DNA from: a virus
Strand: one strand, 5' to 3'
Virus record (IMG/VR): IMGVR_UViG_3300005613_000019
Coordinates: 33,992-97,991 of that record
DNA length: 64,000 nucleotides
Part shown: one piece after another, positions 56,847-64,000 of the stretch
How positions within the stretch are numbered: position 1 is the stretch's first letter
How the letters are laid out: each line of letters starts with the position of its first letter
Notes under the pieces: model-generated
Told to the model about the DNA's origin: nothing
Seen by the model: the letters and a program-made list of their open reading frames with translations, nothing else
Database searches by the model: none
Made by a program: the position numbers and the translations under genes

Positions 56847-57422
56847 ATGGGTACTAATGAATATAAAGAATATTGGGAAACCGTTGAAAGCATTGCAAAA
56901 GATATAGTGGATTCCTCAACATTTGCAGAATTGGAAAACCACGATTGCCATGGCCGGGCATGGGAAACAGTAGACGGATCAGAGTACGTTAGCTATTATT
57001 ATAAAAATATAGTTGTGCTTGAATATACCGATAATGAGGATGCTTTCAACAGTACCGGCATGGGTCTTGATACCTCTAAAGGCTGGCGATCCATCCTAAC
57101 CCAAGTAGCGTTTTGTGCAATGTTACAAGACGTACAAGACAAAATTGAACGTCTCATATCAGAAAGAATCGAGAAAAAAGAAGAAATGATTGAACAATAT
57201 ACCGACCGCGCTAACGCGGAACGGGAATCTGGAACGGAAATCGAAATAGATATGCTCTTAGAGAGCATATCTATTTGTAACGAGAAATCCGGTATGGAAT
57301 ACTTTTTCCAGAATGATCAATATAATGAATTGATCAAGCGATACGAAGACAGTAACGTCGAGGTTTTCAATGGAGAAATGGACGTTGAAGATCTCATTTT
57401 GGCCGATCTGGTTAATTGGTAA
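56847..57422 (+). CDS. Ocr (T7 gp0.3)-like acidic DNA-mimic protein with C-terminal extension
   Basis: By-eye alignment to Ocr (DxH..D..YY..V..F..G...DT.K...IL...D...E.L..E); acidic; own promoter and AAGGAG RBS. Confidence 0.55.
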   Translation: MGTNEYKEYWETVESIAKDIVDSSTFAELENHDCHGRAWETVDGSEYVSYYYKNIVVLEYTDNEDAFNSTGMGLDTSKGWRSILTQVAFCAMLQDVQDKIERLISERIEKKEEMIEQYTDRANAERESGTEIEIDMLLESISICNEKSGMEYFFQNDQYNELIKRYEDSNVEVFNGEMDVEDLILADLVNW

Positions 57423-57451
57423 ACAACAAACAACAAAAGAGGGAAAACAAA

Positions 57452-57709
57452 ATGATAAAGATTGAACAAGAAAAACAAGTAAACGTACACGACTTTAGTT
57501 ATGATGCCAGCGTTTTTGTCTTGACGCATCCTACTGGAATTATCAAAATCCAAGGGTTAGCTAATCTTGACAGGGTTCTTTGCAAGGGGAATTTTGAGGT
57601 TTCTACCTTGACAAGGGATTTGGTGAAAATGATTCTCAACTACCGCAAGGTTGATTTCTCAAGTAAAGACAATACCAAAAGATTGATTAAAAAGCTTCTT
57701 ACCGTTTAA
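57452..57709 (+). CDS. Hypothetical protein
   Basis: Likely start MIKIEQ after GAGGG. Confidence 0.55.
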   Translation: MIKIEQEKQVNVHDFSYDASVFVLTHPTGIIKIQGLANLDRVLCKGNFEVSTLTRDLVKMILNYRKVDFSSKDNTKRLIKKLLTV

Positions 57710-58045
57710 CCTGCCCAATAAACAAAACCGTGACAAAATGTCACGGTTTTGTTTTATCTTAATATATCGTTACACAATATAAATTCTAAAGGCTTTAAAT
57801 TTAGCATGTACTATAATACCTGTTTTCAGTTTAAAGCCCTCAGAATCCCCGCTAAGCTGGCCTAGCGGGGATTCTATCCTTATACAAGGCATATACACTG
57901 CATAAGTATGCAGTGTATATGCATTATGCAAACCCAATACAAACCCTGTCAACCCTATCAAAACTGAAATTAATGTATACGTGATACGATATAACCAGAA
58001 TAGCAAAGACTATGCCATACACTACATATTATATTTATGTACCTG

Positions 58046-58266
58046 AAATCAATATTTATAATCTCTATCGTGTTCCAATTCTTCGCACGGTTATTATGAT
58101 CATTTTAATACATACCATAATCAGATTATATAAGCTCTTACGATATATCGCAAATCAATATTTATAATCTCTATCGTGTTCCAATTCTTCGCACGGTTAT
58201 TATGATCATTTTAATACATACCATAATCAGATTATATAAGCTCTTACGATATATCGCAAATCAATA
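58046..58266. repeat. 106-bp exact tandem duplication
   Basis: 58046-58151 = 58152-58257, plus a partial third copy. Confidence 0.9.
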
Positions 58267-58491
58267 GGTTTTACTAAAACATTTTAGTAAAACCTATATT
58301 TATTGACTTGGGAGATTACTTTCCCCCCTAAGGGGGGAAAGTAATCTCTTTTCACACATATTGCTAAAATGTTTTAGTACAAAAAACACCTAATTATCGG
58401 TAAACCGATAATTAGGTGTTGACATGGTTTGTTAGAATGATTATAATTAAGAGAGACAAGCAATTTGCTAAAAGCAAAAGGAGCAAGTAAA

Positions 58492-59382
58492 ATGGATAAA
58501 AATCTAGAACAACTAATTTTAGGTGAAATCGTAATCCCTTCATACGCTGAAACAAACCAGCAAGTCACAAGGGACCTAGCAGATCAACTAGGAATTTCAA
58601 ATCTGCTAAACATGCCCCGCTGTAACTTCCGAAATTTGTTAGGGAAAGCCATAAAGCACGCTAACAGGCACCATAAAGACTTTGAAACTATTATGGTGCA
58701 TGAAGGACCAAACAAGATACAGTATGTAATAGTTAGAAAAGAGACAAGAGACAACGGCATTGATACAGACGGCAATGTCCTTAGAGATCCCGATCTAGGG
58801 GTTGAGGCAAGGTTTTATTTCTCTAAAGAAAATAGAGACAATAAAAAACCGGCCAATGAATGTATTAATTTCTGGTTTAACCCAAATCATCCCGTGGCAC
58901 GATACATTGAACAACAGTATTATAATCAAGCTGTTATTTTTTCAGCCGATGATATGAGAAGATCAACAAATAACATGCTGATTTCCCTAGGCGCAATCCA
59001 AATCACAAGAGGAAACGCTTGGTTTGCTCCAAAACAGCAAGAGGAATTGTTAAATAAATTAACATACTGGCTCAAACAAGTTGGATGTTTCGCTGCGCGA
59101 TACATCCAACTTGATGTAGGTCAAGTCAAGGAAAATCTGCAAAATGTATGCCAAGATGGATTGGCAACTACTTTGCAAGATCTTTTTAACCTCATTGAAC
59201 AACACAAGCTTGAATCAAATACAAGAAATTCAACCCTGGAAAAACGAATTGAAGATCTGAATAATCTCAAAACCACTATTAAACTATATACGGATGCAAT
59301 CGGCTGTGATTTGTCAGACCTCAATAATCAGGTTACAACCTGTGAAAATGATCTGGTTAACTTTATGACCGGTAAACAGTAA
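58492..59382 (+). CDS. DUF6744/DUF3150-like helical protein
   Basis: ILGEIV N-terminus, GAIQI.RGNAWFAP, coiled-coil C-terminus; TTGACA-17-TATAAT promoter upstream. Confidence 0.5.
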   Translation: MDKNLEQLILGEIVIPSYAETNQQVTRDLADQLGISNLLNMPRCNFRNLLGKAIKHANRHHKDFETIMVHEGPNKIQYVIVRKETRDNGIDTDGNVLRDPDLGVEARFYFSKENRDNKKPANECINFWFNPNHPVARYIEQQYYNQAVIFSADDMRRSTNNMLISLGAIQITRGNAWFAPKQQEELLNKLTYWLKQVGCFAARYIQLDVGQVKENLQNVCQDGLATTLQDLFNLIEQHKLESNTRNSTLEKRIEDLNNLKTTIKLYTDAIGCDLSDLNNQVTTCENDLVNFMTGKQ

Positions 59383-59418
59383 TAATATATTAATTATATT
59401 TAACAAATTAATCACAAA

Positions 59419-59529
59419 ACACCTAACCGACAATCTGACAGGCTTTAACACCCAAACCTATACCAAGGTATAGGTTTGGGTTAACGGTCTCTAGAATCCA
59501 TTCTAGCCTAGCTAGAATGGATTCTTTGA
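59419..59529. repeat. About 110-bp two-hairpin module, copy 1
   Basis: acccaaacctatacc-aa-ggtataggtttgggt and agaatccattctagc..gctagaatggattct. Confidence 0.85.
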
Positions 59530-59754
59530 CTATACAATACAAGTGTCTACTTTAGTAGACACTTGTGTAATAAAGTGTCTACTTTTTGAATACTATACAT
59601 TTAAAAAGATTGTCAACCAATATCTTATGCCAGTTAGTAAAAATTAATACTACTACTATGTAGTAGTATTATATTTTAACTTAGTCGTCAATATATTATT
59701 GACAATATTAAAAATAATGATTAAACTTATAATAATAACAAAGGAGCAAACCAA

Positions 59755-60018
59755 ATGATAATAATCCCGATAATCATAATCATAGTTAGTTCAACCCTGA
59801 TAACAGGATTAGTTACGTACTACGTTACAAAATCCAAATACGAAACAAATCAATATACAGAATCTCTTAATCACTATTATTCTATGTACGATACAATCAA
59901 TAATCTGAATATATCAGAAATCGAAAAGATTATGATCGCTAAAACATATATTAATAAAACTAATAACAAACTTCAAAAACAATTCGTTGTTAAGTGTGTC
60001 CAACAAATTAATTCTTAA
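59755..60018 (+). CDS. Membrane-anchored hypothetical protein
   Basis: N-terminal TM; TTGACA promoter and AAGGAG RBS. Confidence 0.6.
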   Translation: MIIIPIIIIIVSSTLITGLVTYYVTKSKYETNQYTESLNHYYSMYDTINNLNISEIEKIMIAKTYINKTNNKLQKQFVVKCVQQINS

Positions 60019-60031
60019 AATCAATCCTAAG

Positions 60032-60142
60032 ACACCTAATCGCCAATCTGATAGGCTTTAACACCCAAACCTATACCAAGGTATAGGTTTGGGTTAATGG
60101 TCTCTAGAATCCATTCTAGCTAGGCTAGAATGGATTCTTTGA
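60032..60142. repeat. About 110-bp two-hairpin module, copy 2
   Basis: Near-identical to 59419-59529. Confidence 0.85.
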
Positions 60143-60911
60143 TTATAACCCATTAACACAAACGTTTATTAATCTATTTTTTAATTAAGTGTATAAATAT
60201 ACAAAGTGCATAAAAAGGTTTTTTGTTATTCCCCCTATATACAAAAAGTAATAGTCAGGTTATGTAAAATATTGAAATCATTAAGATTTGATTTTTGGCT
60301 CTTTAAATCAACCGACTGCATAAATATGCAGTCGGTTGTGTATAAATATACATTATGAATATATGATTATTTACTGTTTGGTTAGATAAATAATATGTAA
60401 ATCCTTATAATTATTGGATTATATGTCTTAATATGATTGTGTATACGGATTATTGGATTAAGGGATTAAGGGATTATTGGATTAAGAGATTATGTATTGG
60501 AAGCCTATATGTCGTGAAGCGACATATAGGCTTCCTTTGAAAGACTTTCTTTTCGTTTCCCCCGCTAGAATAATGAGCAAGAGATTAGACAAGCGCCAAA
60601 AGCCCCGGAAAACCGGGGCTTTTGGCTTACATGCAAAATCCCTATAAGATATACTTGGGTACTTGATAGGCTTACTGATCAGATTATTGATAGGATTATT
60701 ATCAATAAAGGTTAATCAAGGGTTAATTTTTAAAGTAATTATCAGGTAATCAAATATTTTATAAATAACAAGGTATAAAGACTTTTTTCATTTTAGCTTT
60801 AATCTTTAAGTCTTATTTTACAAAAAATACGATCTCAACACTATGATCTTTTTCTAGTTCAACTATTGCTCTTTAAAAAGATGTTTCCTTGTTTTTGTTC
60901 TTTCTTTGTTT

Positions 60912-61193
60912 TTAGCTAGTCAATTGAGGGAGTGTTTTAATTTCTTCATCATTGGCTTCTTGCAAGGTTTCATGCAAGGTATTTTCAATCCAATCCGTAA
61001 AGGTCATAAGGCTTTCATGCTCGGAAAAATCTTGTCCTTCGAATTCTTGAACATATTCTTGATACCAGTTTAGGCCAGGGCCATATGGGTCGAGAAGGTA
61101 TTGAAACCAATCTTCCCATGATCCTACATAACCAACCGAGTCAATATCTTCATGTGATACAAACAACGTACCGTCTGTTTTTAAAAAAATCAC
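60912..61193 (-). CDS. Acidic early protein
   Basis: Downstream of a promoter cassette. Confidence 0.55.
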   Translation of the reverse strand: MIFLKTDGTLFVSHEDIDSVGYVGSWEDWFQYLLDPYGPGLNWYQEYVQEFEGQDFSEHESLMTFTDWIENTLHETLQEANDEEIKTLPQLTS

Positions 61194-61276
61194 TAATCAT
61201 TTTAGTTACTCCTTTTGTTTTGTCTTACCTATTTTTAATATAAGTCTTTTTTAGGAATTGTCAAGGGTGTTTTTAA

Positions 61277-61438
61277 TTACTTTTTAGACAAAGATCTTTC
61301 TATACAATCGTCTAATTCTTTTCTATAATCTTTAATGAATTTCTTTAGGGGTTGTCTTGACTGCTTCCACCATGAATAAAGACCTTCATCGTTTAGCACC
61401 CAAAGCCTCCGTTCTTCATCATTTTTTCGGATTTTCAT
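61277..61438 (-). CDS. 53-aa early protein (WVLNDEGLY motif)
   Basis: Directly downstream of a promoter cassette, AAGGA RBS; not in ORF track. Confidence 0.65.
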   Translation of the reverse strand: MKIRKNDEERRLWVLNDEGLYSWWKQSRQPLKKFIKDYRKELDDCIERSLSKK

Positions 61439-61515
61439 TTTCTTTTCCTTTACTTGTTGGTTTTCTTACCTATTTTTAATATAAGTCTTATAGTTTGGGT
61501 TGTCAAGGGTGGATT

Positions 61516-61713
61516 TTAAGAATTTTTAACGAATCGAGTAGTTGTATAGTAGGAATTTTCAATTATATTATTTATTACTGCTTGAATATTCCTTTTGACG
61601 TACAGTTTTTTACCGCAAGATGGGTTCCAATTTTTTGAGCACAAGTATACCCATTTATGTTCGAGGTATTTTCGTGCTTCAATTTTAAGTTCTTTTTGCA
61701 TAGTTAAACCCAT
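61516..61713 (-). CDS. Small early protein
   Basis: ORF track. Confidence 0.5.
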   Translation of the reverse strand: MGLTMQKELKIEARKYLEHKWVYLCSKNWNPSCGKKLYVKRNIQAVINNIIENSYYTTTRFVKNS

Positions 61714-61904
61714 TCATACTTATTGTTTGTCCATACATATTTAGTATTCGCTTTGACTACTGTTTTACAATACCGGCAATTTCGGTTTATCATATTATTG
61801 TAAAACTCTTCTTTGTCGTTTTCAAGTTCTTTCCAAGCTTGTTCTTCGGTTTTATGGGTTTGAGTTGACTGCCATCCATTAAATATGTCTACAACTTTAT
61901 ACAT
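61704..61904 (-). CDS. Small early protein
   Basis: AAGGAG RBS after a promoter. Confidence 0.6.
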   Translation of the reverse strand: MYKVVDIFNGWQSTQTHKTEEQAWKELENDKEEFYNNMINRNCRYCKTVVKANTKYVWTNNKYEWV

Positions 61905-61971
61905 TTTGGTTTCTCCTTTTGTTTCCTATTATTAACTTAAGGCTTATTTTGGGGGTTGTCAAGAAGTGTTT

Positions 61972-62091
61972 TTAATTCAATAGTTGTTTTTGGTTTTTAT
62001 TTATTTCCTGATAAATTCTTTTCAGGGTTTGTTTTAATTTTCTTTGTTTTTTGAGATATTCTTTAGTTTTGTCTTGAGTTATGGTTTTCAT
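61972..62091 (-). CDS. 39-aa basic micro-protein, paralog of 62929-63030
   Basis: MKTITQDKTKEYLKKQRKLKQTLKRIYQEINKNQKQLLN. Confidence 0.55.
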   Translation of the reverse strand: MKTITQDKTKEYLKKQRKLKQTLKRIYQEINKNQKQLLN

Positions 62092-62098
62092 TTGATCT

Positions 62099-62293
62099 TT
62101 ATCCTAAAAGCCTCATTTGATAAAGAGTCACTGTCAAGAAAGTATGATCTTTTTCTAGTTCAACTACTGCCCTAATAGTAGAATCTTCGCTAATAAAACG
62201 ATGAATCCAGCCATTTTCCCAAGTATCGTTGGTATAATTTGTTAAAATCTTAGCTCTTTTTAGTTTGATAGTTTCTTTTGCTTCGTAAGACAT
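62099..62293 (-). CDS. Small early protein
   Basis: Likely start MSYEAK; paralog of 43988-44239. Confidence 0.6.
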   Translation of the reverse strand: MSYEAKETIKLKRAKILTNYTNDTWENGWIHRFISEDSTIRAVVELEKDHTFLTVTLYQMRLLG

Positions 62294-62361
62294 TTCTTTT
62301 CCTTTGTTTTTCTTACCTACTGATAATATAAGTCTTGTTTTATGTGTTGTCAAGGGGATTT

Positions 62362-62586
62362 TTAGTCTATTATTTGGATAAAACCTTTAGCTTCGAAACG
62401 CTTTATTGCATAAAGCGTTTCTTTATATGTCAAGATTTTACGGTCGAAGTAGTTTGACCATTTACTGAAAGTGTTAGTGTCTTCATTCCAATTATAGGTT
62501 TCCAACCAATAATTTCCATAGGGAGTGTTAGACATTTTAACAAGGGCAACCTTAAGTTTTTTATCGTAGTTTATCCAACTTTTCAC
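62362..62586 (-). CDS. Small early protein
   Basis: AAGGAG RBS, GTG start. Confidence 0.55.
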   Translation of the reverse strand: MKSWINYDKKLKVALVKMSNTPYGNYWLETYNWNEDTNTFSKWSNYFDRKILTYKETLYAIKRFEAKGFIQIID

Positions 62587-62643
62587 TTAATTTTCTCCTT
62601 GCGTTTCATATTATTAAAGGCTTATGTTTAAGATTAAATATAA

Positions 62644-62853
62644 TTAGAAAAGAAAAATCCAACGATCATTATATTCGTTATAGATCATGCCTGTTTTGTT
62701 GGTCGTCTCCTTTGTATCCTTTGTATCCTGGTTATTATTTTCATCACAGTTTAACTTTTGCTTTTGCTCTTGCTCTATACTGTTGAGAAAATATTCAACT
62801 ATCTTGAGGTACGTGCCGCCTGGATCAAACGTTTCATCTTTTTTATTATTCAT
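62644..62853 (-). CDS. Small early protein
   Basis: After a promoter cassette. Confidence 0.55.
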   Translation of the reverse strand: MNNKKDETFDPGGTYLKIVEYFLNSIEQEQKQKLNCDENNNQDTKDTKETTNKTGMIYNEYNDRWIFLF

Positions 62854-62928
62854 TTTCTTTTCCTTTCCTTTGTTTTGTCTTACCTATTTTTAATATAAGT
62901 CTTATAGTTTGGGTTGTCAAGGGTGTTT

Positions 62929-63030
62929 TTAATTCAATAGTTGTTTTTTGTTTCTATTTATTTCCTCATAAATCCTTTTCAGGGTTTGTTTTAATTTTCT
63001 TTGTTTTTTAAGATATTCTTTAGTTTTCAT
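62929..63030 (-). CDS. 33-aa basic micro-protein
   Basis: MKTKEYLKKQRKLKQTLKRIYEEINRNKKQLLN; AAGGA RBS. Confidence 0.55.
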   Translation of the reverse strand: MKTKEYLKKQRKLKQTLKRIYEEINRNKKQLLN

Positions 63031-63046
63031 TTGAATTTTCCTTAAG

Positions 63047-63367
63047 CTAGAATAGGCTTTTTCTTTCAGTTTGAAGAAAGGCGACAACGTCTATATCTTC
63101 AGAAAATTGACTTTTAGTTACTTCCAGGACAATACGTCCGGTGGATACTAGTGATCTAGTATCGCCGGGATAGAGATCTTTACAAAGGGACGAAATAGTT
63201 ACCGCTATTTCGTCCTCGGTAGGGACTCGGTATGAATTATCATGCCAAATAGACCATTTCCATTCATTTTTCACAAAAACGGAATGAAAGTCATGCGCTA
63301 GCCTATCCACATTAGCATAATATTTAAATTTAGCTTCCATTATTTCGTCTTTGGTTAGAGTTTTCAT
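63047..63367 (-). CDS. Early protein, paralog of 38812-39162
   Basis: NEWKW..YRVPT..STGRI. Confidence 0.6.
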   Translation of the reverse strand: MKTLTKDEIMEAKFKYYANVDRLAHDFHSVFVKNEWKWSIWHDNSYRVPTEDEIAVTISSLCKDLYPGDTRSLVSTGRIVLEVTKSQFSEDIDVVAFLQTERKSLF

Positions 63368-63648
63368 TATTCAACCTCTTCCCAAGTTTCGAGATCTGTA
63401 ATACCTGCTTGTTCGGCCATGAATTTTTCATCATAACCATAAAATCCCCAACAGGAGTCAAGCTCTTCGTTAGCTTGCTGCTTACAACATTTGCAGACGT
63501 TTACGGTTTTGAGGACAAAACCGTAAACTTCCCCATTTTGAAAAAAGACAACTTCTTCTGAAGAGTAGTTGTCGAAGTGTACTGCTTCTTCATCGACGTA
63601 AATTTCAAAGAGCATATCATCTTTTTGGAAAACTTTAATAGGTTTCAT
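63367..63648 (-). CDS. Acidic early protein
   Basis: Likely start MKPIKV; GEVYGF...DSCWGFYG motif. Confidence 0.6.
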   Translation of the reverse strand: MKPIKVFQKDDMLFEIYVDEEAVHFDNYSSEEVVFFQNGEVYGFVLKTVNVCKCCKQQANEELDSCWGFYGYDEKFMAEQAGITDLETWEEVE

Positions 63649-63729
63649 TTCGGTTTCTCCTTGTTTTCTTTGTTTTGTCTTACCTATTTTTAATATAAGT
63701 CTTGTTTTGGTGGTTGTCAAGGTAAGTTT

Positions 63730-64000
63730 TTAAGAATTCTTAATTTTGTTTTCTAGATATTTGACGATCTTAAAATAACCATTTTCAGAAGCCCCTCTAA
63801 GAGCATTCTCATTATCAGGGTTAGCACCTTTTTCAACCAGGTATTTGACGATCTCAAAATGACCGTAGTTAGAAGCCCCTCTAAGAGCATCCTCATTATC
63901 AGCATGAACGTCTGCTCCCTTTTGGAGCAATAACCTAACAACCTCTAAATGACCATTTGAAGAAGCCCCTCTAAAAGCATGGCCATTATAAGCATGGGGT
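63730..64000 (-). CDS. Ankyrin-repeat protein, partial (starts beyond the window)
   Basis: Repeated ALRGAS.NGH.EIVKYLVEKGA. Confidence 0.85.
   Translation of the reverse strand, partial: PHAYNGHAFRGASSNGHLEVVRLLLQKGADVHADNEDALRGASNYGHFEIVKYLVEKGANPDNENALRGASENGYFKIVKYLENKIKNS

Larger units (their letters stand above)
61237..63720 (-). promoter_or_regulatory. Six repeated sigma70-type early promoter cassettes
   Basis: TTGACA-16/17-TATATT (TAAGTT in one copy), then aaaaataggtaag or a variant; -35 boxes at 61259, 61501, 61957, 62348, 62915, 63715. Confidence 0.85.

Noticed and set aside
62294-62353. MTTHKTRLIL / MTTTKTRLIL N-termini as a shared protein leader (also 63649-63720)
   Set aside because: They are translations of the repeated promoter (TTG of TTGACA). 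The real starts lie downstream, after the RBS.

Overview
This window is about 64 kb of an AT-rich, large tailed-phage (Caudoviricetes) genome in the standard genetic code. No rRNA, tRNA, CRISPR array or reverse transcriptase was recognised. 1-28.1 kb (all minus strand) is a late head module: terminase large subunit, portal, head-morphogenesis protein, prohead protease, scaffold, decoration protein, HK97-type major capsid protein, Hsp20, several fibre/LamG proteins, a KTSC protein and a metallophosphoesterase. 28.1-29.2 kb is a non-coding, hairpin-rich, origin-like region. 29-54 kb holds accessory and metabolic genes: RNA ligase, DNA ligase, Dam methylase, lytic transglycosylase, radical SAM, kinase, an HslV-like protease, several exported proteases and an orphan MbcA/ParS antitoxin domain. 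54.4-64 kb resembles an early/host-takeover or terminal region, with tandem duplications, many long perfect hairpins, six copies of a sigma70-type promoter cassette, an Ocr-like protein and an ankyrin protein. The most unusual signals are: (1) about 13 translationally coupled microprotein genes (MKNLKEEIRDQV...(xxQV)n...LKDNFR) with constant ends and shuffled 12-nt modules, in three clusters on both strands plus one isolated copy; (2) an IscB/RRXRR-type PLMP domain fused to the gene after the major capsid gene, preceded by a hairpin with an anti-Shine-Dalgarno loop; (3) a non-canonical late-promoter motif, CCRA-N12-TAnnnT, upstream of seven late transcription units. All family assignments come from motif recognition by eye; no database searches were run.
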